From Macrostomum hystrix (taxonomy: Eukaryota > Animalia > Platyhelminthes), in contig CATNEN010000034.1 of NCBI GenBank assembly GCA_950097015.1, positions 930,001 through 994,000 on the forward strand: a stretch of 64,000 nt of DNA, given 5' to 3'. The position numbers and the translations under genes are program-made. How positions within the stretch are numbered: the first letter of the stretch is position 1; each line of letters opens with the position of its first letter. This document shows, in pieces, positions 11,996-24,771 of this stretch. A model generated the notes under the pieces. The model did no database searches and had not been told where the DNA came from. It saw only the letters and a program-made list of their open reading frames with translations.

Positions 11996-13041
11996 TAATT
12001 CCTCATTTTTCTGATCCTTATTAGTCGATTCCCAGTTTTCGATTCTTCAATTTAGAAGTCAGATTAGAAACGCATAATTTCAAACTAATGATTAATGTAA
12101 CAATTATTGCAAGGCTCTAGTTTAATCGCTTATTAGTGCACTAGTTCACATATTTATCTCCCCGCACCCCCGCTCTTATTTTAGCTCCTATGTGCAATCA
12201 AATCAAATGTAGTCGGAAAAAAAAGAAAAAAAGAAACGGATTTTGTGTTTTTAATCGTTGTTTTCGGTTTTGTTCTTTGTCTATTTTTGTGCTCCTATAT
12301 TTATTTTTCTAATAAAGTTACACTAAACCCGTCGCTTCACTGAACAACGCACCAATCTTCATTTAATTTCTAAGCAATTGCGTAAACAGTTAAACATTCG
12401 TCATTTATTTTAGCTTGCTTTCTTATAGTAACGTGGTGTGCGATTGCCCCAGTCTAAAGCACTTCCTTAATTTTAAAGTTCAATTTTAGCACTCGCTTTT
12501 TTATTTTCTAAAGCAGTGTCCACTGCTGGCTTCGATTCTGCTACCTCTTATCCTTCTTATTTCAGGCCCTACTAATCGGCCTGTTTGCTCGCTAGCGCGT
12601 TGAAATATAATAAAACACAGGGCACACACTCCCCACACTAATAAAAGCTTTTTATTTGCTCGTTTCATCTTCGGTGTGCTTCTTTAAAAGCAAGTTTAAT
12701 AACTTGAGTATTTATTTTGTGTTCTTTATTTTTTTTACTTTATAGAGGCTGGGTAGTTGGTTATTAGTATAGCTGCCCTTTCAGAAACTGTGTTAAGGAG
12801 TTGGTGTTGAGCAATTAAGTGCTCATAATTAATAATTAAGAATCGGTGGGTTTCATGGGGATGTAAGGATTTCGATTTGTGTCCGTGGTTTTCATGAGTT
12901 GATGGGCACGGAATTTATTGGAAATTCGTCAACAAGTATTATGCTATGGTTAATAGCCTTTCAGGAACGTATTCCTAAAATAAATTCGTCTTTATATCCT
13001 CAGTAATCTTTAGTGACTAGAAGTTTACGGTCCGTATCGTT

Positions 13042-13168
13042 AGCTTCTATTTATAGAAGCAAACAACTCGTGACGTCAGCTTCTATTTATAGAAGCAAAC
13101 AATTCGTGGCGTCAGCTTCTATTTATAGAAGCTAACTATCTGTGACGTCAGCTTAAAATAATAGAAGC
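13042..13168. promoter_or_regulatory. 36-bp tandem repeat with a MEF2-consensus site (CTATTTATAG) and a CRE (TGACGTCA) per unit
   Basis: CTATTTATAG at 13047, 13083 and 13119; TGACGTCA at 13071 and 13143; variant TGGCGTCA at 13107. The repeat is seen directly; regulatory function is inferred. Confidence 0.45.
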
Positions 13169-13234
13169 GAAATACTAATGAAATCGATTTCTTTTTTACA
13201 CACTACTTTTAGAATCCCATTGTTTTTAGCCAGT

Positions 13235-16200
13235 TCAAAAGAGTATGCAGTCGGAGATGGACTTCTTGAGCAGGCGAGTCCAGATTAGTTCAACGACCAG
13301 AATGAGTAGCCCAGCCGCGTAGAATGCTCCTGTAATGATTAGCGCGCCGCCAGCGCCTTCCATGTTAATGCTATCCGCTTCGGTTGCTAGGCCAACCGAG
13401 CAGGCCTGCTGCTGTGTGTCTGGTGTGAAATATTTTGCGAATAGGCGCGAATTGACTCCGATCTGGTCCAGGTTGCGCAGACTTTCAGTGATGGCGCAGG
13501 GAGAAAATAAAAAATCGTTAAAAAATTGTATTGCTCCGTTCTATAATCTAACTTCTCAACCCGACTCACTGTTTGTCCATTAGTGGAGCAAAGTAGGCAT
13601 CCTTGGGATAGGCGAAGCCACATGGCGCCACATTGGCTCGCTCCTTGGCCAGGTACACTCTAGAACAGTTCTGATTGGCTACATTCAACAGGTAGGTGTA
13701 GTCACTCAGGCACACCAAGCCTTTGTCGAATACCTTTAGTGTTTTTGCAGGATTTGAACGGGTAAAATATTGTACACATTCCTCTATAAGCATAGTCTAA
13801 GCATATACTAGGTCCCGCTTTGCATAAATTTCTTCCTCTCTGCTCATACAATCTGTTCCTATCTGGTCATACAATCTGTTCCTATCTGGTCATACAATCT
13901 GTTCCTATCTGGTCATACAATCTGTTCCTATCTGCTCATACAATATGTTCCTATCTGCTCATACAATCTTTTTATCTGGTCATACAATCTGTTCCTATCT
14001 GCTCATACAATCTTTCTATCTGGTCATACAATCTGTTCCTATCTGGTCATACAATCTGTTTCTATCTGCTCATACAATCTGTTCCTATCTGCTCATACAA
14101 TCTGTTCCTATCTGCTCATACAATCTGTTTCTATCTGCTCATACAATCTGTTCCTATCTGCTCATACAATCTGTTTCTATCTGCTCATACAATCTTTCTA
14201 TCTGCTCATACAATCTGTTCCTATCTGCTCATACAATCTGTTTCTATCTGCTCATACAATCTTTCTATCTGGTCATACAATCTGTTCCTATCTGCTCATA
14301 CAATCTGTTCCTATCTGCTTATACAATATGTTCCTATCTGCTCATACAATCTGTTCCTATCTGCTCATACAATATGTTCCTATCTGCTCATACAATCTTT
14401 CTATCTGTTCATACAATCTGTTCCTATCTGCTCATACAATCTGTTCCTCTCAGCTACTCACCGCCTGTGAGCAGTCGGGAATCGTGGCAGCTAGGATCAT
14501 TCTGTCGCTAATCTGCTTGTACACACCCGACTGGGCGCTGGCGAAGACATTATGTATAACGGTGCCCCGTGGCAGGATCGGCGTCAGACTGCGGTCCGCC
14601 AGGAGGTCCTCGAAGCTCTGAACCGGCAGGCTGGTGACAGACACTGTCAGGGCCGATGTCAGGTCGCCTAGTTTTTAGGCGGTGAGAGAACACTCATGGC
14701 TCAAAGCAGTTTGAGTACCAGCAGTGTATGGATAAAAATTACACCCAATACCTAGTTAGGCCAGATGTACGGATATGTATTGCATGGCCCGTCCGAATGC
14801 TTTGGAACCACACCCAGCCAGCCAAGCTTAACAGTAAGTAGAACTACCAAGGTCCCCCTGACAATTATTTGTGCTGCACCCGAACAGAGCAACGCAAGCA
14901 CACGAAACTGAAGAACTCGCGCCAATTTTTTGTTGCGCATCTTCTGAAACAAGCACCGAGTCGCCAGCTCTTCAGACTGTCGAGTTATTCAATGGTTCTT
15001 GCCGAATGTCAGATTTTTGTCAGGCCTTCAAAATTTATCAGCATGTCACCCGAATGTACCTGCATCATCTCCGTCTTCGGTGGTCACCTACCTTTATCTA
15101 GACGGATTTGCTGGACCTTCAAGGGCTACAACAGGTGGAACTAGGACATTATGGACACCCTGACGCGAATTTCTCCAATTTCACTGATCAAGCCTTAGAA
15201 ACACTCGTACGACTATAATGCGCAGCTCAGCCACAGGACACCCTCGCCTAGTCCGTCAACCAATCAGTCACCACGCAACGCTGTTAGCATTCAGGCGCTG
15301 ACCAAAAACTTTTTTTCATGGGTTCCCCCTTGGTATATAAAATCTGGCGGCAAAATTGCTTGGTAGTCCTACTGTTAATAGGGAATTAATAGAGCTACAC
15401 GCTGCCACGCTCCCCTTACACACCAGTGTATGCACCGTAGATAACCACGGTGAACATCCACCAGAACACCATGACAGCTCTGGGCGACATCGCGTACGGA
15501 TAAAAATCCTGGCCCTGCTGCAGGAAGCTGCCAACACAGCTCCAGATGTACTCTTGCAGCCACACTTCATCAGCGATGGCGCATTCGAGCTCCAGGTTCC
15601 AGGCGGAGAAGGGGCTGAAGTAGGCGAAGCAAAAGATTGACAGGGAGGCGAAGCCCAGGGTGGCGACCACCGCTAGCCAGGTGGTCGGGCGCAGAGGTGA
15701 GAAAATGTTCCACAGCTTGCTGGCAGGCGGCGGTCTCGGCAGCAGCATGCTGAAGGCGTCCTCGAACAGCGTATAGCTGAAGTCGACAACTCGCGACCGC
15801 GACGCCGACTTTGTGAAAGTCGTGGCGCCGAATGTCACCGTCTAAGCGATGATAAAAAAAAATTTAACTGAGATTCTCATGCAGGATTGAGGCAGATGGG
15901 GTTCGAGACGACTTGCTTTCAGGGTTCGACTGCTGTCTCTTACCACTCACCATCACCCACTCTCACCCTCTCCCGTTCTCACCCTCTCCCGTTCTCACCC
16001 TCTCCCGTTCTCACCCTCTCCCGTTCTCACCCTCTCCCGTTCTCACCCTCTCCCGTTCTCACCCTCTCCCGTTCTCACCCTCTCCCGTTCTCACCCTCTC
16101 CCGTTCTCACCCTCTCGCGTTCTCACCCTCTCCCGTTCTCACCCTCTCCCGTTCTCACCCTCTCCCACTTTCACCCTCAGCTCGTCGTCAGCTCTCACTT

Positions 16201-19200
16201 CATCTCCTCTCACCCCACTGCCTCCTCTCACCCCAGTCTCCTCTCACCCACTGCCTCCTCTCACCCCACTGCCTCCTCTCACCCCACTGTCTCCTCTCAC
16301 CCCACTGTCTCCTCTCACCCCACTGCCTCCTCTCACCCCAGTCTCCTCTCACCCACTGCCTCCTCTCACCCCACTGTCTCCTCTCACCCCAGTCTCCTCT
16401 CACCTCACTGTCTCCTCTCACCCCACTGTCTCCTCTCACCCCACTGTCTCCTCTCACCCCACTGTCTTCTCCCACCCCACGGTCTCCCGTTCTCACCTCT
16501 ACCACTCTCACCTCTCCCACTCTCACCCCTCCAACTCTCACCCCTCCCACTCTCACCCCTCCCACTCTCACCCCTCCCACTCTCACCCCTCCAACTCTCA
16601 CCCCTCCCACTCTCACCCCTCCCACTCTCACGCTCTGGCTCACAATGGATAAGAATTCACTGCACGAACAGCTTTATCCTTCGAGTACCAATTAAGCCTG
16701 ATCCCCAAGTGGCTTTAAGCTCGGTGGAGAAGAGTAAATTTTTTATAGAATTTCTGTCTGCGATAAAAAATTAAACTGATTAGCCCCCACCTCCCCGACT
16801 CATAGCTCAGAATTTTTTATCTCATCAATTCCACAATTCGCCAATTACTTTTCTCTAGACATTTTCTTCTGCCCATTTCTGCTTCACTGATTGTCTGGAG
16901 ATAAATTACTTTAATCCCATTCTGTTGGGTTCGCCTCCCGAGCTAAATCTGACTCACTGATATTCGTTGAGCCTCAAGGAAACTGAGATATTGCGGAGTT
17001 CACCTGATTTTGCACCTCGCCGATGCAGCCAGTGGCGAATGTGGCGCCGGTCTCCAGGTTGCCCCACAGACCGTCATCGGACTGCTTGAGAATGTAGCTG
17101 GAAATGCAAGCGATTCAAATCTGTAAGCCGAGTCTAAGAAATGCACTATTGGCTTGACTCACTTAAACTCCATCTTCTCCTTCAGGTACTCTAATAGTTC
17201 AAGTACAAGGCCGGTGATTTCCACGGTGTTGTTGGCGTACACCTTGGTGACTTTGACGAATGGAGGGAACTGGAAAAAAGCATCAACGAAAAGATCAAGG
17301 TGTTAGATAAGGTATCAGGGTGATAGATAAGGAATCGGGGCGTTAGATAAGGAATCGGGGTGTTAGATAAGGTATCGGGGTGTTAGATAAGGAATCGGGG
17401 TGTTAGATAAGGAATCGGGGTGTTAGATAAGGAATCGGGGTGTTAGATAAGGAATCGGGGTGTTAGATAAGGTATCGGGGTGTTAGATAAGGAATCGGGG
17501 TGTTAGATAAGGAATCGGGGTGTTAGATAAGGAATCGGGATGTTAGATAAGGAATCGGGGCGTTAGATAAGGAATCGGGGTGTTAGATAAGGAATCGGGG
17601 TGTTAGATAAGGAATCGGGGTGTTAGATAAGGAATCGGGGTGTTAGATAAGGTATCGGGGTGTTAGATAAGGAATCGGGGTGTTAGATAAGGAATCGGGG
17701 TGTTATATAAGGAATCGGGATGTTAGATAAGGAATCGGGGCGTTAGATAAGGAATCGGGATGTTAGATAAGGAATCGGGGCGTTAGATAAGGAATCGGGG
17801 TGTTAGATAAGGAATCGGGGTGTTAGATAAGGAATCGGGGTGTTAGATAAGGAATCGGGATGTTAGATAAGGAATCGGGGTGTTAGATAAGGAATCGGGG
17901 TGTTAGATAAGGAATCGGGATGTTAGATAAGGAATCGGGGTGTTAGATAAGGAATCGGGGTGTTAGATAAGGTATCGGGGTGCTACATTAGTTAGTTAGT
18001 GAAGCTAGCAGGGCGTCAGGCAAGTTTGCAGAGCAATCACGATCCCGCACTCACATCCATGGTGCATAGAATCAGCGTGTCGTTCTTAAATCCGGTAAAG
18101 GTGTTTGGGAATACCGGATAGTCGCCTCGCTGTCGGAAAAGCTGGGTCAGCCTGCCGGTGGAGCCATTGTACCGGGCTGAGAGCACAAACTCCACTGGCG
18201 AGTGGCGCCTCTTGTTGTAGCTGCCGTAGAGATCGACGCCTTGACTGGCGAAGTGGCGCGTTGTGGCGTTGAAGGAGATCGGGCCTCGATCCGTGTGGTA
18301 GTTTTGAATCTGGGTGGTGGAAATGTGAAGTTAATTTCCCCTTAGTGTTGAGATCAATGTTGATATCACACTCTAATGCATTGATCTCACTCGACCAGTA
18401 TTATTATCAACCTCACCCGCACTTGATTAATCAATCCTGTACTTTATTATCAATCTCTCCTGTACTTATTTATCAATCTCACTAGATCTCTTTTAATGTG
18501 ACTTAAAATCGTTGTCTTTAATCAATCTCAGTCAATTTCAAATACCAACCTCACTCGGATGTCTATTATCAATCTCACCCGGATGTCTACTATCAGTCTC
18601 ACCCAGAAGTCTTTTATCAAACTCTAAAACTTTTATCAAACTCTCACCCAGATGTCTTAGCTCTATTATCAATCTCACCCGTAGCTCTATTATCAATCTC
18701 ACCCGTAGCTCTATTATCAATCTCACCCGTAGCTCTATTATCAATCTCACCAGTATCTCCATTATCAATCTCACCCGTAGCTCTATTATCAATCTCACCC
18801 GTAGCTCTATTATCAATCTCACCCGTATCTCTATTATCAATCTCACCCGTATCTCTATTATCAATCTCTCCCGTATCTCTATCCCTCTATTATCAATCTC
18901 ACCAGTATCTCCATTATCAATCTCACCCGTAGCTCTATTATCAATCTCACCCGTAGCTCTATTATAAATCTCACCCGGATGTCTATTATCAATCTCACCC
19001 GTATCTCTATTGTCAATCTCATCCAGTCTCCCAGTCAATTGTGACTCACCGCAGCCAGCTGCGTGTACAATCGGCTCCCAGCCTTCCAGGCGGCTGTGCC
19101 AGCAGCTCCGAGATGGCAGCTGGCGTTGCTGGGCCAGAAGGCCGTCGAGTTGCCGCCGGTGGATTGCAGCAGGCGATCAAGGGCCACGGCAACTGATTCG

Positions 19201-22200
19201 ATGGCGTCAGCGACGCGGACCTCGAAGCTCTGAGATCCAGTTGCGATTTTTCTTGTCATGACTAGTTTAGCGAAATCCATGCAATCCCGAAATTACGGAG
19301 AATTTTATAAAAATCCTCAAAATCGAATTATTAAGAAAACTTTTAATTAGTTTAAGAAGCTTTTTAAAAGCAATTACCGTAAAAAATAAATGAGAAACAT
19401 GCAATTTATTTCCTACCCTTACTTTCTATCTTCCAATAGTGGCAGTTGCCGCGCCTCTAAATAAAAAATGATCAAATCTATCTGTCCTGGGACCAGATTA
19501 AGATACATCTAATTTCAAAGCTGCAGCGAGCGAGTGTTTTCAATATTAATGACTGCCTAGATCAGGAATTTTTCATCAGAAATTCTCGACGGAACTGGCT
19601 TTGTAACTACGAGCGTACTAATCAGAAATAGCATGCTTGGCTAGCTAACAATATTTGAATTACTGGCTGCAAATATTCTGCTTTGGCACCATCCATCGAT
19701 CTCTGGAAAGTATTGGGTGGCTTGAACAGCGGAAGAAGATAAGCATATCAATTCACATGAAACTCGAGAAAAGGAAAACTCTGCTACAAGCTCCATCAGA
19801 TCTTGCTGCCGCTGCTGCTGCTAGTGGAGGAAATTTTCTTGAATGAAGTCGCTGAGACTGAACAACAGCTGAGATCTCGCTCCAACGCATTTTCTATGAA
19901 AGCATAGTAGAGTGCGGTTAGAAGGTACAGGGTAAAATTTCTGTAAACATAAACTAGCTATGTCCCATCTAGCTTTCAGATAGTGTACTTTAAAATGGCA
20001 GTGCTTATCCCCACGGTACCGTAGAAATAATTTTTGTCTTATTCCTACGGTACCGTGGGAATAATTTCCTGCGTATCCGCACGGCACACTGACGAGTCAG
20101 CTGTCCTATCATCTATCTTTTTATCATGACTGCAAATTTTCCTTTTTTCTTCCGGTTTTTAAAAGCAAGTAAACAAATTAAAGTTTTCTGCTTTTTTCGA
20201 AAGTAGTTACCCAATACGGTGGCTTTTTTAAGTACGAGCTATATAAAATATATACATAATATATATATATCTCGTCAGTGTGCCGTGCGGATAAGCAGGA
20301 AATTATTCCCACGGTACCGTAGGAATAAGACAAAAATTATTTCTACGGTACCGTGGGGATAAGCACTGCCCTTTAAAATATCATGCTTGTATCTTTTGTA
20401 TAGATAGATATCATCCATGATCCCAATACCATCCAATGATTACAATACCATCCAATGATCCCAATACCATCCACGATCCCAATACCATCCAATGATCCCA
20501 ATACCATCCAATGATTCCAATACCATCCAATGATCCCAATACCATCCACGATCCCAATACCATCCAATGATCCCAATACCATCCAATGATCCCAATACCA
20601 TCCAATGATCCCAATACCATCCAATGATCCCAATACCATCCAATGATCCCAATATCACCAATGATCCCAATACCATCCAATGATCCCAATGAATATTGGG
20701 ACCATTCACGATCACAATATCACCAATGATCCCAATACCATCCAATGATCCCAATGAATATTAGGACCATCCACGATCACAATATCACCAATGATCCTAA
20801 TACCATCCAATGATCCCAATACCATCCACGATCCCAATATCACCAATGATCCCAATACCATCCAATGATCCCAATACCATCCACGATCCCAATATCACCA
20901 ATGATCCCAATACCATCCACGATCCCAATATCACCAATGATCCCAATACCATCCAATGATCCCAATGAATATTGGGACCATCCACGATCACAATATCACC
21001 AATGATCCCAATACCATCCACGATCCCAATATCACCAATGATCCCAATACCATCCAATGATCCCAATACCATCCACGATCCCAATATCACCAATGATCCC
21101 AATATCCCAAGTTGACAAGATCCCATTATCAACCTTGATCTTCATTGCCGAGCAGTCGAAGAACACGTCTGGCGCTGATCCCGGACAGCTGCCACCGCCG
21201 TCAATACCGAAGGTGCCACCGCGCACCAGCAGCAGGTTGACATTTGGTCTAGAAGCCGGAGACATCAGCAAGTCGGCGGGCGTCAATCCAGTGTCGATGA
21301 TCAGCCAGAAGTAGTTCCGCTGCAGCGCGTCTGTGACGGACGCCGCGGCCAAAGCTCGGAGCAGCATCTTGGGCGTCAAGAGCGTGACGATGTGGTGAAC
21401 GCGTGTGTCCCGTAGGCGGGACACGCTGATTGCCAGCTGCGTGTCGTTGATCATCAGCAGGGCGAGGCTGCTGATGCCGCGGTCGCCAAGTGCAGTCAAC
21501 AGCTGCTCAACGATGGTGATTTCTGCAATAGAAGCGAGGGAACACAGCGATCGCGGCATGTGTTGAAAGATTTCAGTTCAGATTTCAATTAGATTGCGTC
21601 ACACAATGTTCCCAATTTCTACCTTGACTGTCGTCGTATATCACGGCTGCGTCTTTGGCGCCAGCCGATAGTAGAGAGGCCAACGCAGCTTCGACGAATT
21701 CGTCAGGAAGTTGGCTGCCAACCAGACCCAGGCCTGGTGGTAATGATGCAGGTGGGGAATGATGCAGGTGGGGAATGATGCAGGTGGGGAATGATGCAGG
21801 TGGGGAATGATGCAGGTGGGGAATGATGCAGGTGGGGAATGATGCAGGTGGGGAATGATGCAGGTGGGGAATGATGCAGGTGGGGAATGATGCAGGTGGG
21901 GAATGATGCAGGTGGGGAATGATGCAGGTGGGGAATGATGCAGGTGGGGAATGATGCAGGTGGGGAATGATGCAGGGGTGGGAATGGTACAGGGGTGGGG
22001 AATGGTATAGGGGTGGGGAATGGTACAGGGGTGGGGAATGGTACAGGGGTGGGGAATGGTACAGGGGTGGGGAATGGTACAGGTGTGGGGAATGGTACAG
22101 GGGTGGGGAATGGTACAGGGGTGGGGAATGGTACAGGGGTGGGGAATGGTACAGGGGTGGGGAATAGTACAGGGGTGGGGAATAGTACAGGGGTGGGGAA

Positions 22201-24090
22201 TAGTACAGGGGTGGGGAATGATGCAGGGGTGGGGAATGATGCAGGGGTGGGGAATGGTACAGGGGTTGGGAATAGTACAAGGGTGGGGAATGGTACAAGG
22301 GTGGGGAATGGTACAGGGGTGGGGATTAGTACAGGGGTGGGGAATGATGCAGGGGTGGGGAATGATGCAGGGGTGGGGAATGGTACAGGGGTGGGGAATG
22401 GTACAAGGGTGGGGAATGGTACAAGGGTGGGGAATGGTACAGGGGTGGGGAATAGTACAGGGGTGGGGAATAGTACAGGGGTGGGGAATAGTACAGGGGT
22501 GGGGATTAGTACAGGGGTGGGGAATAGTACAGGGGTGGGGAATAGTACAGGGGTGGGGATTAGTACAGGGGTGGGGAATGATGCAGGGGTGGGGAATGGT
22601 ACAGGGGTGGGGAATGGTACAGGGGTGGGAAATGGTACAGGGGTGGGGAATGGTACAGGGGTGGGAAATGGTACAGGGGTGGGGAATGGTACAGGGGTGG
22701 GAAATGGTACAGGGGTGGGGAATGGTACAGGGGTGGGTAATGTATAGGGGTACGTGGGGAATGGTACAGGGGTGGGTAATGGTACAGGGGTGGGGAATGG
22801 TAAAAGGGTGGGGAATGATGCAAGTGGAGAGTGATGCAGGTGGGGAACAAATTCCCCGAACGGGTGCAAAGTTAAGCTCACCGGACACAATGTCCCTACG
22901 GCACAGGCCGCCCGGGATTCCAATGAACGGCACGGACATGGAGTTGGCGAGACGGTTCAGTTGGCCCAGCAGGCAGCAGCTGCCAACACCGACAACAGCG
23001 GACACGGCCGCTACGACGCTTGAGCACACTGGCGAAAATTGGCGCGTATTTGGCGGTTCGAGGGACTGGACAGTTATAAAACTGATGCAAAAAGACTCTG
23101 ATATTTTTGTACAGGAACAACCAGACACTAATATTTTTGTACAGGAACAACCAGACACTAATATTCTTGTACAGGAACAACCAGACACTGATATTCTTGT
23201 ACAGGAACAACCAGACACAGAGATTCTTGTACAGGAACAACCAGACACTAATATTCTTGTACAGGAACAACCAGACACTGATATTCTTGTACAGGAACGA
23301 CCAGACACTGATATTCTTGTACAGGAACGACCAGACACTGATATTCTTGTACAGGAACGACCAGACACTGATATTCTTGTACAGGAACGACCAGACACTG
23401 ATATTCTTGTACAGGAACGACCAGACACTGATATTCTTGTACAGGAACGACCAGACACTGATATTCTTGTACAGGAACGACCAGACACTGATATTCTTGT
23501 ACAGGAACGACCAGACACTGATATTCTTGTACAGGAACGACCAGACACTGATATTCTTGTACAGGAACGACCAGACACTGATATTCTTGTACAGGAACGA
23601 CCAGACACTGATATTATTATACAGGAACAATCATACTCAGAGATTCTTATACAGGAACAATCATACTCAGAGATTCTTGTACTGGAACAATCATACTCAG
23701 AGATTCTTGTACAGGAACAATCATACTCAGAGACTCTTGTACTGGAACAATCATACTCAGAGATTCTTGTACAGGAACAATCATACTCAGAGACTCTTGT
23801 ACAGGAACAATCATACTCAGAGATTCTTGTACAGGAACAAGCAGCCCAGCCTTACCCGCCCTAGTCAGCATCATGGAGTCATTGCTGGAGGCGTCAACAA
23901 AGCTGTAATTGAGCCGGTGACCACCCAACAGTCGCCAGTTCGTATTCACCCTCCGCTGCACACTGGCCTCAACCAGGCTGCTACTGATCAGCGAGTTCTC
24001 AACCACAATGGCCAGGTGGAAGTCTATGGCCAGAAGTGGACTCAGGTCAGCGATGATTATGGCGACTAGAATTTGTCGAAAGTGCTTCAT
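13235..24090 (-). CDS. Ionotropic glutamate receptor family / ionotropic receptor (IR)-like channel subunit, 12 exons, about 894 aa
   Basis: Exons: 24090-23856, 23097-22882, 21733-21623, 21522-21134, 19229-19050, 18309-18055, 17269-17163, 17097-17004, 15841-15424, 14667-14462, 13796-13570, 13481-13235. All are GT-AG and phase-compatible (2685 nt in total). Features: signal peptide, ATD (AVVGVGS..VPFIGI), S1 ([25 protein letters not shown]), M1, pore SFLQQG, M3 [17 protein letters not shown]2 (CGFAYPKD) and M4 followed by the stop. The exon 2 acceptor is the least certain. Confidence 0.9.
13830..14450. repeat. Intronic minisatellite, 23-bp unit (ctcatacaatctgttcctatctg)
   Basis: Fills IR intron 13797-14461. 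Confidence 0.93.
14832..15374. mobile_element. Non-autonomous DNA transposon (MITE) with CAGTA...TACTG ends, flanked by TTAA
   Basis: TTAA|cagta(agta)gaactaccaag ... cttggtagtcctactg|TTAA. A second copy at 37156-38033 has a colinear interior. Confidence 0.75.
15955..16635. repeat. Compound C-rich minisatellite (16-bp, ~18-bp and 15-bp units)
   Basis: Successive arrays of tctcaccctctcccgt, ctcctctcaccccactgy and cccactctcacccct inside an IR intron. Confidence 0.92.
17300..17982. repeat. Intronic minisatellite, 20-bp unit (gttagataaggaatcggggt)
   Basis: Highly homogeneous array filling IR intron 17270-18054. Confidence 0.95.
18430..19030. repeat. Intronic minisatellite, 24-bp unit (ctctattatcaatctcacccgtag)
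   Basis: Tandem array in IR intron 18310-19049. Confidence 0.9.
19989..20377. mobile_element. Foldback MITE with ~107-bp terminal inverted repeats, TTAA-flanked (Kolobok/T2-like)
   Basis: 19989-20096 is the near-perfect reverse complement of 20271-20377. The right end reads cactgccct|TTAA. Confidence 0.8.
20412..21110. repeat. Intronic minisatellite, 19-bp unit (tgatcccaataccatccaa)
   Basis: Period is 19, with variants. Confidence 0.92.
21742..22850. repeat. G-rich intronic minisatellite (16-bp gatgcaggtggggaat, then 18-bp ggtacaggggtggggaat)
   Basis: Fills IR intron 21734-22881. It is the source of the GVGNGT and MVQGWG artefact ORFs. Confidence 0.95.
23100..23840. repeat. Intronic minisatellite, 30-bp unit (atattcttgtacaggaacgaccagacactg)
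   Basis: Fills nearly all of IR intron 1 (23098-23855). Confidence 0.95.
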
Positions 24091-24196
24091 TTTATATTTA
24101 TCTTCTTGACTTAAAATAAAATTTTGTCAAGTTCAGTGCCCATTGGTAGCACTGGAAACAGTTTCTATATGATGATTTCGCTCCGCATATTAAATC

Positions 24197-24235
24197 CTGA
24201 TTGGCTAGCAACAGTTTTTAGGCATAGCCAATCAG
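24197..24235. promoter_or_regulatory. Paired inverted CCAAT boxes upstream of the IR start codon
   Basis: ctgattggcta (24197-24207) and tagccaatcag (24225-24235) form a perfect 11-bp inverted pair about 110-145 bp from ATG 24090. Confidence 0.4.
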
Positions 24236-24771
24236 CTATTAGGAGGTAGTAATGGGCGAGTTTAGATCAAGGACCACTAGTATAATCAGCTACTGAATTA
24301 GCAATGGCTGATGAATTCACCAGAGGTTTATACAGAACAATGTTAGTTGTCCTTGTTAACAGGGTCTTCTGGTAACATAGCATGGTCTCTGTTAAATTAT
24401 ACTCATTATTTGTTACTATTACTCGTAATTAGCATCATCGGTGTGAATCAGTTAAATTAGCCTTTCTCTCATCGAATTATTTTTTTAATGCCGGAACTAC
24501 TTTAGTTGGAGGCGAGGTGCTCATGCTTACCATGCTCACGGACACGGCCTCGCTTCTGCATTGAAATTTCCCGCCAATTTTGTTTTACTGTATATGTACA
24601 GTTTGTTATGATATGATAGCAATGTTTACCGCAATAGTTGATAGGAACTTATGTAGTATCATCCAGTTAGTATCGACAAGTTGTACAGATTTAAGTACGT
24701 CATAACAGCATGGCATTGAGTAGATTGAGTCTATGAGCACACGAGCTAGATAGCCAATAATTAGTTTTGCG

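Noticed and set aside
17300-17982. CRISPR-like regular arrays (here and elsewhere)
   Set aside because: Units are head-to-tail with no unique spacers, there are no cas genes, and the context is eukaryotic introns.
21641-23864. Long ORFs resembling GVGNGT, QERPDT or PTP repeat proteins
   Set aside because: They are intronic minisatellites. Only 21623-21733, 22882-23097 and 23856 onward are IR exons.
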